NCBI GenBank assembly: GCA_902793315.1
Contig: CADBCT010000007.1
Coordinates: 1-37,981, forward strand
DNA length: 37,981 nt
Source: an uncultured Erysipelotrichaceae bacterium
Lineage (GTDB): Bacteria > Bacillota_I > Bacilli_A > RF39 > UBA660
Reading direction: 5' to 3'
Shown: piece by piece, positions 25,900 through 35,780 of the stretch
How the letters are laid out: each line of letters begins with the position of its first letter
Position numbering within the stretch: position 1 is the stretch's first letter
The notes under the pieces: generated by a model
Told to the model about the DNA's origin: nothing
Seen by the model: only the letters and a program-made list of their open reading frames with translations
Databases searched by the model: none
Position numbers and translations under genes: made by a program

Positions 25900-27695
25900 T
25901 AACAAAGGGGCAAAAAATTAATGATCGTTATGAAGTGATTAGATCAATTGGCGAAGGTGGTATGGCTAACGTTTATTTAGGGTATGATACAATCCTAGAT
26001 AGAAATGTCGCAATTAAAGTACTTCGTGGAGATTTATCTAATGATGAAAAATTTGTTAGAAGATTTCAAAGAGAAGCTTTGTCTGCTTCATCACTAGCAC
26101 ATCCAAATATAGTAGAAATGTATGATGTTGGAGAAGATGATGGCCTTTACTATATTGTTATGGAGTATATTGAAGGAAAAACTCTAAAACAATTATTAAA
26201 GAAGAGAGGAACACTTACTTTAAGCGAAGCTATAGATATAATGAGTCAATTAACTGATGGAATGGCTCATGCCCATGATTCATATATTATCCATAGAGAT
26301 TTAAAACCTCAGAATATTATGATTAAAGATGATGGACAAATCAAAATTACTGATTTTGGTATAGCAATGGCTCTTAATTCTACGCAATTAACCCAAACTA
26401 ATTCAGTAATGGGAAGTGTACATTATTTACCACCAGAACAAGCTAGTGGAAAAGGATGTACAATTAAAAGTGATATTTATTCAATGGGAATTATCTTCTA
26501 TGAATTACTTAGTGGATCATTACCATTTAAAGGAGATAATGCAGTAGAAATAGCTCTTAAACATATGAGAGAGCCTCTTCCTAGTCTTAGAGAAGAGAAT
26601 AGTGCAATACCTCAAAGTATTGAAAATATTGTAAAGAAAGCTACTGCTAAAAATCCTAAAAATAGATATGATAGTGCTCGTAGTATGCATGAAGATTTAT
26701 TAACTGCACTAGATGATAGTCGTATGGATGAACCAGTTTATCAATATAAGTATCCTGAAAATGAAATTGATAGTAAAAGAATTAAGAAATTAGAGGAAAC
26801 AGCTAAATTAGAAACAACTGATGATATTGGTGATTTTACTGAGAAGACTATTGAACAACCAGATGCAACTGACATTGATGATATTCAAGATAAAAATAGT
26901 AAGAAATTAATTATTATTTTAGCAAGTATTTTTGGTGCTAGTGCTTTATTATTAATAATTTTATTCTTTATTGTACCAGCATTTTCTAATAAGAAAGCTG
27001 TTACAGTTCCTGCCTGTGAAAAGTTAAAAGTTAGTGAATGTGAAAAGAGATTAAAAAGATCTGGTTTTGAAGTAAAAGATGTAAAAACTGTATTTTCTTC
27101 TAAGATTAAGAAAAATAGAGTTGTAAAAACAAGTCCTGCTAAAGGTAGAAGTGTTAAAAAAGGTTCTAAAGTAACGATTTATAAATCTAAGGGAGAAGAA
27201 ACTATTGCTTTAGAAGATTATAAAGGTAAAAATTCTATTGAAATAAAGACTAGATTAGAAGAAAAATATGGATTAGTAGTAAATATTGAAAAGAAAGAGC
27301 CTGAAGATCAAACTAAAGAGTATAAGGATGAAGATGAAATTATTGGACAATCAAAACCTAAAGGAACAAAAGTTAAAAAAGGTGATGATTTGATTCTATA
27401 TACTCCTAATATAGTTGATAAGTTCCCAGATATGGCTGGTGAAGGATGGAGTGTTGATGATGCTGCTACTTTCTGCGATAAGTATGAATTGGTATTAGAG
27501 AAAGTTGAGCAAGAAACAGAAGCATATTCGCCAGGAACAATTATTAGTCAATCAAGGACTGCAGGAACAACAATTATTAAAGGAACAACATTACGAGTTA
27601 CAGTTGCTGTTAAACCAAAACCAAAGCCAACTACAATTCCGACTCCTGAACCACAGGAGACAGAAGAGAAAGAGGAAGAACCAGCAACTCCATAG
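25896..27695 (+). CDS. pknB: PASTA-domain Ser/Thr kinase (PknB/PrkC)
   Basis: GEGGMA, HRDLKPQN, DFG; TM helix; about three PASTA repeats. Confidence 0.96.
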   Translation: MITKGQKINDRYEVIRSIGEGGMANVYLGYDTILDRNVAIKVLRGDLSNDEKFVRRFQREALSASSLAHPNIVEMYDVGEDDGLYYIVMEYIEGKTLKQLLKKRGTLTLSEAIDIMSQLTDGMAHAHDSYIIHRDLKPQNIMIKDDGQIKITDFGIAMALNSTQLTQTNSVMGSVHYLPPEQASGKGCTIKSDIYSMGIIFYELLSGSLPFKGDNAVEIALKHMREPLPSLREENSAIPQSIENIVKKATAKNPKNRYDSARSMHEDLLTALDDSRMDEPVYQYKYPENEIDSKRIKKLEETAKLETTDDIGDFTEKTIEQPDATDIDDIQDKNSKKLIIILASIFGASALLLIILFFIVPAFSNKKAVTVPACEKLKVSECEKRLKRSGFEVKDVKTVFSSKIKKNRVVKTSPAKGRSVKKGSKVTIYKSKGEETIALEDYKGKNSIEIKTRLEEKYGLVVNIEKKEPEDQTKEYKDEDEIIGQSKPKGTKVKKGDDLILYTPNIVDKFPDMAGEGWSVDDAATFCDKYELVLEKVEQETEAYSPGTIISQSRTAGTTIIKGTTLRVTVAVKPKPKPTTIPTPEPQETEEKEEEPATP

Positions 27696-27705
27696 GGGGG
27701 AAATT

Positions 27706-28545
27706 ATGAAAGGACAAATTATTAAAATAAGTAGTGATTTATATTTTGTAAGTTATGAAAATGAGATTTATCCTTGTAAATGTCGTGGTATATTTAGAAA
27801 AGAACATATTACTCCTGTAGTAGGGGATTATGTTCTTTTCAGTAAAGAAAAAAAATTAATTGAAAAGATACTTGATAGAAAAAATGTCTTTCAAAGACCT
27901 AAAGTTAGTAATATTGATCAAGCCTTTTTAATTACTAGTTTAAAGAGCCCAGACTTTTCATTAAATTTATTGGATAAATTTATTGTACTTATGGAAATAA
28001 ATCATGTTAAACCAATTATCTGTATTACTAAGAGAGATTTAGTAAATGATAATGAGTTTGAAAAATATGATGAAATATTAAATTATTATAAGGAAATTGG
28101 GTATGAAGTAGTATTTAATACAGAATTAAACAAATTAAAAGAAATGCTAAGTAATAAAACAAGTGTATTTACGGGACAAACAGGTGCGGGTAAAAGTACT
28201 TTATTAAATAAATTAAATCCAGATTGGGATTTAGAAACTGGAGAAATATCTCATGCATTAGGTAGAGGTAAACATACTACTAGAGTAGTTGAATTGTTTG
28301 AATTTATGGGAGGAAAAGTAATGGATACTCCAGGCTTTTCTTCACTAGAATTTAATAATTATAGTAAAGAAGATATTAAAAATGCCTTTGTAGAATTTAA
28401 ACTTCATCCATGCCCTTTTAAGGATTGTACTCATACCAATGAAAAAGAATGTGTCGTAAAAAAAGAAGTTTTAGCGAATAATATATTGGAAAGTAGATAT
28501 CATAATTATTTGAATTTTATAGGAGTTGATAAAAATGAAAGTTAG
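27706..28545 (+). CDS. rsgA: Ribosome small subunit-dependent GTPase A
   Basis: TKRD, GQTGAGKST, GRGKHTT, DTPG, CxFxDCxHxxExxC; start set at ATG 27706. Confidence 0.96.
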   Translation: MKGQIIKISSDLYFVSYENEIYPCKCRGIFRKEHITPVVGDYVLFSKEKKLIEKILDRKNVFQRPKVSNIDQAFLITSLKSPDFSLNLLDKFIVLMEINHVKPIICITKRDLVNDNEFEKYDEILNYYKEIGYEVVFNTELNKLKEMLSNKTSVFTGQTGAGKSTLLNKLNPDWDLETGEISHALGRGKHTTRVVELFEFMGGKVMDTPGFSSLEFNNYSKEDIKNAFVEFKLHPCPFKDCTHTNEKECVVKKEVLANNILESRYHNYLNFIGVDKNES

Positions 28546-29161
28546 TGCATCATTTTTAAGTAGTAAGAATATTCCCGAGGATTTGACTAAGTTAAATAAT
28601 ACTGATGTTGATTATATTCATGTTGATATTATGGATGGTAAATTTGTTCCTAATAAGACTATGCCTTTTAGAGAAATGCGTCATATTTATGAGTATACTT
28701 CCAAAAGACTAGATGTTCATTTAATGGTAGAAGATCCTTCTAAGTATATTCCTTTGTATGCTGAACTTAACACTGAATATATTACTATTCATGTTGAAAT
28801 CGATGAAGATATTTTAAAGGATTTAGAACTTATTAAGAGTTATTCTATTAAATGTGGTCTAGCAATTAGTCCAGATACTAAAGTTAATGAATTAATACCA
28901 TATTTACCATATTTAGATTATGTTCTAGTAATGAGCGTTTATCCTGGTAAAGGTGGACAAGAGTTTATTTTGGAAACAGAAGAAAAAATAAAAGAAGTCA
29001 AAGCACTCCTAAATTCATATAATATTAAGGCTGTAGTTAGCGTTGATGGGGGAATTAATGATATTACTAAAGATAAATGTAAAGAAGCAGATATTTTAGT
29101 TGCTGGTAGTTATATAATTAAAAGTGATAATTTTCAAGAAAAAATATCTAGTTTAAGATAA
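28535..29161 (+). CDS. rpe: Ribulose-phosphate 3-epimerase
   Basis: HVDIMDGKFVPN, DVHLM, MSVYPG.GGQ, VDGGIN, VAGS. Confidence 0.96.
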   Translation: MKVSASFLSSKNIPEDLTKLNNTDVDYIHVDIMDGKFVPNKTMPFREMRHIYEYTSKRLDVHLMVEDPSKYIPLYAELNTEYITIHVEIDEDILKDLELIKSYSIKCGLAISPDTKVNELIPYLPYLDYVLVMSVYPGKGGQEFILETEEKIKEVKALLNSYNIKAVVSVDGGINDITKDKCKEADILVAGSYIIKSDNFQEKISSLR

Positions 29162-29201
29162 ATAAGTGTGATATAATTACTCTAGAATAGGAGTTGATTG
29201 T

Positions 29202-30068
29202 GTGGATAATAATAGTGAATTAAATAATAATGTTACTCCAGAAAATGTAACTAATAATGAAAATGTAACTCAGGAGTTACCAATAGTAAATAATCCAACA
29301 GAAGCAAGCACTACTGGTACTGATTCTACTAATACTGAGCCTCTTACACCAAGTGTTTCAGTAGACGGACCTATCGAAATTGAAGAGAAAACAGTAGATC
29401 CTTCTTTCGTAGATAGAACTGCTAATCCAGGAGTTATTGGTAATATTGGACCTGTTAAGGAAGAAGATCCTAATAAAGTAGTTAATGAAGATTTAAAGAA
29501 AGTTGAAATAAATTATACACCTCCAAGTAAGGGTAAAATGGTTTCTTTAATATTATTCTTTATATTTTTAATAGCTTTTATTATATTCTTACCACAAATA
29601 ACTACAATGGTTAATGAATTAAAAGCAGGTGGACAAGAAGCTAAAGAAGTTAAGATAACAACAGGTAGATTAATTTGTACTTATAAAACTAATACTACTA
29701 ATTTAGATAAAGAGTATAAGTTAACTTTTGGATTTACCGATAATAAATTAGAAAAATTAGAATATAATTCTACTACTAAAGGTGATCCTACTTCAGATGA
29801 AGAAACTCTAGATAATTTAGCAGATAAATGTAAATTACTTAAACAATTTACTGCTAGTATTGAAGGTGTTAATGTAACTTGTGATTATTCTGAAGGAAAA
29901 CTATTTGAAAAGCAATCTTTTGTATATGCTGATTTAGATGAAGAAAAATTAACAGCTGCTTATACAGAAGCTGGTGGTACTAGTCCACAATATGTAAATG
30001 GTCAGGATATGGATTATATTGAAAAGAATATGAATGCATCTGGCTATTCATGTGAAAGACAATATTAG
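29202..30068 (+). CDS. Bitopic membrane hypothetical protein
   Basis: Disordered acidic N-terminus, one TM helix, C-terminal domain with four Cys. Confidence 0.7.
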   Translation: MDNNSELNNNVTPENVTNNENVTQELPIVNNPTEASTTGTDSTNTEPLTPSVSVDGPIEIEEKTVDPSFVDRTANPGVIGNIGPVKEEDPNKVVNEDLKKVEINYTPPSKGKMVSLILFFIFLIAFIIFLPQITTMVNELKAGGQEAKEVKITTGRLICTYKTNTTNLDKEYKLTFGFTDNKLEKLEYNSTTKGDPTSDEETLDNLADKCKLLKQFTASIEGVNVTCDYSEGKLFEKQSFVYADLDEEKLTAAYTEAGGTSPQYVNGQDMDYIEKNMNASGYSCERQY

Positions 30069-30070
30069 GA

Positions 30071-30116
30071 TTGTAAACTCCTCAAATAAATGATAAAATC
30101 ATTATACGAGGAGTTT
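30071..30116 (+). promoter_or_regulatory. Sigma-A promoter nested in an RBS-sequestering hairpin
   Basis: TTGTAA (30071-30076) - 17 bp including TG - TAAAAT (30094-30099); AAACTCCTC (30075-30083) / GAGGAGTTT (30108-30116). Confidence 0.55.
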
Positions 30117-30120
30117 TATT

Positions 30121-30765
30121 ATGAAACGATTTAATATTGTAATTAATGTATTTTTAGTAGCGGCAATTGTTGCCTCACTATGTTTGAATCCTAATCGTGA
30201 AAATATTGCAACAGAACAGCTGTCTAAGAGTATTACTAGTGATAAATTAAGACAAGTATCTTTTAAAAAGATAGAGGATAAAAAAGAGGAAGCAACAGAA
30301 GAGAAAAAAGTAGTAGAAGAAGAAAAACAAGAAGAAAAAGAAGGACCTATTACTGAGTCAGTAGCTAAAGTAGAAGAGAATGTAGTTAATAATGCAGTAG
30401 TTGCTTCTGTTGTTACTGATGTCTTAGAAAAACAAACTGGTACTATGTCAGCTTATGGACCTGATTGTGTAGGGTGTAGTGGTCATCTTGCAACTGGTTT
30501 TGATGCTCGACAAAGTATTACATATCAAGATAAAACATATGGAACTGTAAGAATAGTTGCTGGCGACAAAAAATATCCTTTTGGTACAATTGTAAGAATT
30601 AAAGGTGTTGGAAGTGACTTTAATGCTATTGTTTTAGATCGCGGAGGAAATATTGGTATTGGTAGACGATTTATGTTTGATTTATTATGTACTAGTGAAG
30701 CAGAAGCTTCTAGATATGGAACTCATTATAATCTAACATTTGAAATCTTAAGATATGGTTATTAG
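30121..30765 (+). CDS. Secreted 3D-domain protein (cell-wall lytic-transglycosylase-like)
   Basis: Signal or anchor helix; SAY, IVAGD..YPFGT, AIVLDRGG, FDL. Confidence 0.8.
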   Translation: MKRFNIVINVFLVAAIVASLCLNPNRENIATEQLSKSITSDKLRQVSFKKIEDKKEEATEEKKVVEEEKQEEKEGPITESVAKVEENVVNNAVVASVVTDVLEKQTGTMSAYGPDCVGCSGHLATGFDARQSITYQDKTYGTVRIVAGDKKYPFGTIVRIKGVGSDFNAIVLDRGGNIGIGRRFMFDLLCTSEAEASRYGTHYNLTFEILRYGY

Positions 30766-30789
30766 GAGTAGGACAAATCCTACTCTTTT
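30766..30789 (+). terminator. Intrinsic terminator
   Basis: GAGTAGGA-caaa-TCCTACTC-TTTT. Confidence 0.8.
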
Positions 30790-30823
30790 ATGATATAATA
30801 ATACATGCAAGATGGAGGTTTTT

Positions 30824-32980
30824 ATGAACGAAATGATTATTAAAGATATAGTAGATGAGCTAAATATCAGTACAAAGCAAGTTAATGCAGTACTAACTCT
30901 TTTAAGTGAAGATAATACTATACCTTTTATTGCTAGATATAGGAAAGAAGCAACCGGTGGATTAGATGAAGAAGCTATTAAAAAGATAGGAGATGTATAT
31001 GCCTATCAAGAAAGTCTTTTAAAGAGAAAAGAAGATGTAATAAGACTTATTGATGAAAAAGGATTACTTACTGATGAATTAAAAGAATCTATTTTAAAAT
31101 GTAATAAATTAGTAGAAGTAGAAGATTTATATAGACCATATAAAGAAAAGAAAAAGACTAAAGCTACAGAAGCTATTAAAGCAGGTTTAGAACCATTAGC
31201 TAAGATGATTATGTCTTTTCCAACTACCGGTAACATAGATGATATGGCTAAGAAATTTCTTAATGAGACAGTTAAGAATACTGATGATGCTATTACTGGG
31301 GCTAAGTATATTATTGCTGAATGGATAAGTGATAATGCTTCATATAGAAAATATATAAGAAGTTATTTTTATAAGAATGGAACAATTATTTCTAAAATAA
31401 AGAAAGATGCTAAAGATGAAAATAAGACTTATGAAATGTATTATGATTATAATGAAGCAGTTAAACATATTAAGCCTCATCGTATATTAGCTTTAAATAG
31501 AGGAGAAAATGAAAAAGTATTAAATGTAAGTATAGATGTTAATAAAGATGAGATAATTGCTTATTTAAAAAGTAAAGTTATTAGAAATGATAAGAGCTTT
31601 GTAACTAAATATGTTATTGAAGCAATAGAAGACTCTTATAAAAGATTAATAGAGCCTTCAGTAGAACGTGAAGTACGTAGTGACTTGACTGAAAAAGCTG
31701 AAGTAGCTGCCATAGAAAACTTTGGTAAGAACTTAGAAGCATTACTTTTAACTCCTCCAATGAAGGAAAAAGTAGTACTTGCTTTTGATCCTGGATATGT
31801 TAATGGTTGTAAGTTAGCTATTATTGATAAAACTGGTAAATATTTAGATAGTATTGTAGTAAAACCATTCTTAAAAGGACAAGAAGAAAAGAATATTAAG
31901 ATGACTAAAGAAATAGTAGCTAATTTAGTTAAAAAATATAATGTTGATATTATTGCTATTGGCAATGGTACTGCTTCTCGTGAATCTGAAAAGCTTTGTA
32001 GTGAAATGATTAAAGAATATAATTTAAATTGTAAGTATGTAATTGTAAGTGAGGCAGGAGCTTCAATTTACTCTGCATCTAAAGTAGCTATTGAAGAATT
32101 CCCTGATTTAGCAGTTGAAAAAAGAAGTGCTGTGAGTATAGGTAGAAGACTACAAGATCCTCTTGCAGAACTAGTAAAGATACCACCAGAAGGTATTGGA
32201 GTAGGACTATATCAACATGATGTTTCTGGTAAAAAACTATCAGATTCTCTAGATTTTGTTGTAGAAAAATGTGTTAATAGTGTAGGAGTTAATATTAATA
32301 CAGCTAGCCCTTCACTATTAAATTATGTTTCAGGTATTACTAAAGCTGCAATAAAGAAAATAATCGATTATCGTGAAAAAATAGGTAGAATTAGTTCTAG
32401 AGAAGAAATAAAAAAGAAAAAGATATTATCAGATAAAGCATATGAACAAGCAATAGGATTTCTTCGTATAACTGAAGGTAGTAATATATTAGATTCTACT
32501 GCTATTCATCCTGAAAGCTATGATATAGCTCTAAATTTATTAAAGGAACTTAATATGTCTATTACTGATATTGGTACTAAAGAATTAATAGATAAATTAG
32601 ATAATTTAAAAGTAGAAGAATATGCTTCTAAATTAAATACAGACCAATATACATTAGAAGATGTAATAAGTAGTTTAAAAAAGCCTAATTTAGATCCAAG
32701 AGATGAATATCCTCAACCAATTCTAAAGAGTGATATCTTAGATATTAAAGACCTACATGTTGGAGATAAATTGCAAGGAACAGTTCGTAATGTAGTGGAC
32801 TTTGGTTTATTTATAGATATTGGTTTACATGATGATGGATTAGCTCATATATCTAAACTATCTAATAGTTATGTTAAACACCCTAGTGATTTATATAGTG
32901 TGGGAGATATAGTAGATTGTTGGGTAGATGATATTTCATTAGAAAAGAATAAAGTAAGTTTAAGCTTAATAGAGAGGTAA
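30824..32980 (+). CDS. tex: Tex family RNA-binding transcription accessory protein
   Basis: TIPFIARYRKE.TG.LDE, DPG...GCK, IGNGTASRE, GLYQHDV, C-terminal S1 domain; start set at ATG 30824 behind GGAGG. Confidence 0.95.
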   Translation: MNEMIIKDIVDELNISTKQVNAVLTLLSEDNTIPFIARYRKEATGGLDEEAIKKIGDVYAYQESLLKRKEDVIRLIDEKGLLTDELKESILKCNKLVEVEDLYRPYKEKKKTKATEAIKAGLEPLAKMIMSFPTTGNIDDMAKKFLNETVKNTDDAITGAKYIIAEWISDNASYRKYIRSYFYKNGTIISKIKKDAKDENKTYEMYYDYNEAVKHIKPHRILALNRGENEKVLNVSIDVNKDEIIAYLKSKVIRNDKSFVTKYVIEAIEDSYKRLIEPSVEREVRSDLTEKAEVAAIENFGKNLEALLLTPPMKEKVVLAFDPGYVNGCKLAIIDKTGKYLDSIVVKPFLKGQEEKNIKMTKEIVANLVKKYNVDIIAIGNGTASRESEKLCSEMIKEYNLNCKYVIVSEAGASIYSASKVAIEEFPDLAVEKRSAVSIGRRLQDPLAELVKIPPEGIGVGLYQHDVSGKKLSDSLDFVVEKCVNSVGVNINTASPSLLNYVSGITKAAIKKIIDYREKIGRISSREEIKKKKILSDKAYEQAIGFLRITEGSNILDSTAIHPESYDIALNLLKELNMSITDIGTKELIDKLDNLKVEEYASKLNTDQYTLEDVISSLKKPNLDPRDEYPQPILKSDILDIKDLHVGDKLQGTVRNVVDFGLFIDIGLHDDGLAHISKLSNSYVKHPSDLYSVGDIVDCWVDDISLEKNKVSLSLIER

Positions 32981-32982
32981 TT

Positions 32983-33507
32983 ATGAAAATATTAATTGTA
33001 TCAGATATTCATGGTAATTTTGATAATATGAAAAAAGTTCTTAAAGATAATCCTAACTTTGATTGTATGTTTTTAGTAGGAGATCTTTTAGCAGGACCAG
33101 AAATAGAAGGTTACAATCCAAAAAAATTGGCTAATCTATTAAATGGTTATAAAGATAAAATTATCGCAGTACGAGGAAATTGTGATTATGAATATGATAT
33201 TAAATTGTTAAATTTTGATATTAATAAGTTATACATAAATATGACAATCGATAAAAAAATATTTTTAATGACACATGGACATTACTATTATAGAGACCAT
33301 TTACCTGAAATTCCGTATGATATTTTAATCTCTGGTCATACTCATGTTCCAATACTGGAAAGAGACCGAGGTAAAGTAATTATAAATCCAGGTAGTATTA
33401 CATTGCCTAGAAGAGGTAGTACAAAAAGTTATATTGTCTATGAAGATCATATCTTTTCACTTAAAGATTTAGATGAAAACAAAGTTATGGAAAGAATATA
33501 TATCTAA
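32983..33507 (+). CDS. Metallophosphoesterase, YfcE-like phosphodiesterase
   Basis: SDIHG, GD, VRGNCD, THGH, GHTH, NPGS. Confidence 0.92.
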   Translation: MKILIVSDIHGNFDNMKKVLKDNPNFDCMFLVGDLLAGPEIEGYNPKKLANLLNGYKDKIIAVRGNCDYEYDIKLLNFDINKLYINMTIDKKIFLMTHGHYYYRDHLPEIPYDILISGHTHVPILERDRGKVIINPGSITLPRRGSTKSYIVYEDHIFSLKDLDENKVMERIYI

Positions 33508-33553
33508 AGAAATAAATATTGTGATAAAATTATTATAAGTTAGGAGGAATAGT

Positions 33554-35509
33554 ATGAAAGGGAAAACTAAAATACTTTACTTATTAATTATTATATTTGT
33601 TATTTTCACCTGTAGTTTACTTACTACTAGTAATAAAGAGATTAGAAGTATTAGAAATGAAAGACAATTAAATAGTTTTTATGAACAAGATAGTTATGAA
33701 GACTTTACATTATTAGAAAGAGCTTTAATGTTACCATTTAGTATTAGTTTTAATAATTATGTATACAGAGGATATGAGACGAATAGTTGGGGAGCTACAA
33801 CAGATGTAATTGAAGATGTAAGTGAGGCTGTTCCTGCAAAAGATGCTTCTACTTCTAAAGATTATTCTAAGACTAATATACAAGTGGAAGGTGTAGATGA
33901 AGCGGATATTATTAAGACTGATGGAGATTATATTTATTCTTTATCAGGCAATAATGTAATTATTACTAATGTAAAAGATCCAACCAATATTTTGGTAGAA
34001 GCTACTGTAAGTAATGGTATACCTAATGATTTAATTATTTATGGTGATAAATTAGTGGTAATTTCTACCAATGAAGTAGTTAGTTATGGTAAGAATAATA
34101 CTATAGTAGGTATCTATAGTTTAAAGAATAAAGAAAAACCTAAATTAGTTAAGAGTTTTGAATTATACGAGCCATATTATACTACTAGATGTATTGATGG
34201 TAAGTTGTATGTTTTTTCTAAAGGTTCTTTGAGAAAGAATAATAAGAAAATTGTACGTGAATATAAAGAGGATAAAAATACTAAGACTATTAAATTTAGT
34301 GATATCAAGTATTTAAAAGATGCTTCTAGTGGTATTCAAACTTTAATTGCTGAAGTTGATTTAAATAATTTAAATAAGAGTATGAATTTAAGTTCTTATT
34401 TAATAGATATTTCTAATGCTTATGTATCTGAAAATAATATTTATTTATTAGATTATGATTATTATGATAATGGTCCTAAACCAATGGATTTATTCGGTAT
34501 AAAAGGTGTTATTGGACTATTTGAAAGTATGGATTATTCATTTGAAAAGAAGACCAATATTTATAAGTTTAGTATTAATAAAGATAGAGGAGTATTATAT
34601 AATACAAAGACTGAAATAGAGGGAAGTGTTATTAATCAGTATTCTTTAGATGAGAAGGATGAAAATTTAAGAATAGCATTAGATGGTAAAGATGGTACTA
34701 GAATAGCTATATTAGATAAGAATTTACATTTATTAGGAGAAACAGACAGCGTTGAAAAAGATGAATTAATGTATTCATCTAGATTCATAGGAGATAAAGC
34801 TTATTTAGTTACTTATCGAAATACTGATCCATTATTTGTAGCTGATTTAAGTGATGTTAAAAATCCTAAAATAGTTGGTGAATTAAAAATACCAGGATAT
34901 AGTACATATCTACATCCATATGATGAGAATCATTTAATTGGTATTGGAATGGAAACTGAAGAAAAAGTAAATAGAGATAGTCAAGGTAAAGTAATTAGTT
35001 CTTGGGCAGTTATTACTGGTATGAAAATGAGCTTATTTGATGTATCTGATATTAATAGTCCAAAACAAATAGCAAAAACTACTATTGGAGATAGTAGAAC
35101 AGTATCTGCTATTTTGACTAATCCTAAAGCTTTACTATTCTCAAAGGAAAAAGAATTATTAGCAATTCCAGTTAATAATTATAGTGAAGACTTTAGTGTT
35201 AGAGATAGTGAAGAAGTAGATGATGTAATAAATCGTTTTACACGTTATAGTAAGCCTTATGTTGCTGAAGGATATTTTGTATATAAAGTTAATTTAACGG
35301 AAGGATTTAACTTAAAAGGAATTATTAATCATGATAAGAGTGAATCTGAGTATTACTATTATTATAATAATTCTAGATTACTTAGAGGTGTATACATAGA
35401 TGATAATTTGTTTACGGTATCAGAAGATGCTGTAAAAGTACATAATTTAGATAGTTTAGAACAAATAACTGAATTAAGTTTGAAAGGAGTAAAAGAAGAT
35501 GAAAGATAA
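33554..35509 (+). CDS. Secreted beta-propeller domain protein (Beta_propel family)
   Basis: YSKTNIQVEGVDEADIIKTDG, NQYSLDE, VTYRNTDPLFV.DL, GELKIPGYSTYLHP. Confidence 0.9.
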   Translation: MKGKTKILYLLIIIFVIFTCSLLTTSNKEIRSIRNERQLNSFYEQDSYEDFTLLERALMLPFSISFNNYVYRGYETNSWGATTDVIEDVSEAVPAKDASTSKDYSKTNIQVEGVDEADIIKTDGDYIYSLSGNNVIITNVKDPTNILVEATVSNGIPNDLIIYGDKLVVISTNEVVSYGKNNTIVGIYSLKNKEKPKLVKSFELYEPYYTTRCIDGKLYVFSKGSLRKNNKKIVREYKEDKNTKTIKFSDIKYLKDASSGIQTLIAEVDLNNLNKSMNLSSYLIDISNAYVSENNIYLLDYDYYDNGPKPMDLFGIKGVIGLFESMDYSFEKKTNIYKFSINKDRGVLYNTKTEIEGSVINQYSLDEKDENLRIALDGKDGTRIAILDKNLHLLGETDSVEKDELMYSSRFIGDKAYLVTYRNTDPLFVADLSDVKNPKIVGELKIPGYSTYLHPYDENHLIGIGMETEEKVNRDSQGKVISSWAVITGMKMSLFDVSDINSPKQIAKTTIGDSRTVSAILTNPKALLFSKEKELLAIPVNNYSEDFSVRDSEEVDDVINRFTRYSKPYVAEGYFVYKVNLTEGFNLKGIINHDKSESEYYYYYNNSRLLRGVYIDDNLFTVSEDAVKVHNLDSLEQITELSLKGVKEDER

Positions 35510-35765
35510 AAATGAAAGTAGAATAGTAATGCATATAGTATCTTTAGTACTAGGAATCATTTCAATTTTAACATCATTATTTTGGTATATGTCTATTCCA
35601 ACTGGTATAGTTGCTATAATCTTCGGAGTTAAATCTTACAAGAAAATAGGTAGTAAATTAGGCTTAGCAGGAATGATTACTGGTATTGTAGGGCTTGCTT
35701 TATCACTACTTATTTATATAACGCTATTTATAATACTAATCTTAGAAAATGGTGGAATATTCTAA
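35499..35765 (+). CDS. DUF4190-like small membrane protein
   Basis: SLVLGI.S..GIVAIIFG..GLAGMITGIVG pattern. Confidence 0.75.
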   Translation: MKDKNESRIVMHIVSLVLGIISILTSLFWYMSIPTGIVAIIFGVKSYKKIGSKLGLAGMITGIVGLALSLLIYITLFIILILENGGIF

Positions 35766-35780
35766 TAAAAAAGTACTTAG

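Noticed and set aside
27505-27705. N-terminal extension of rsgA overlapping pknB
   Set aside because: It is an alternative frame of the pknB tail. RsgA homology and a G-rich RBS point to ATG 27706.
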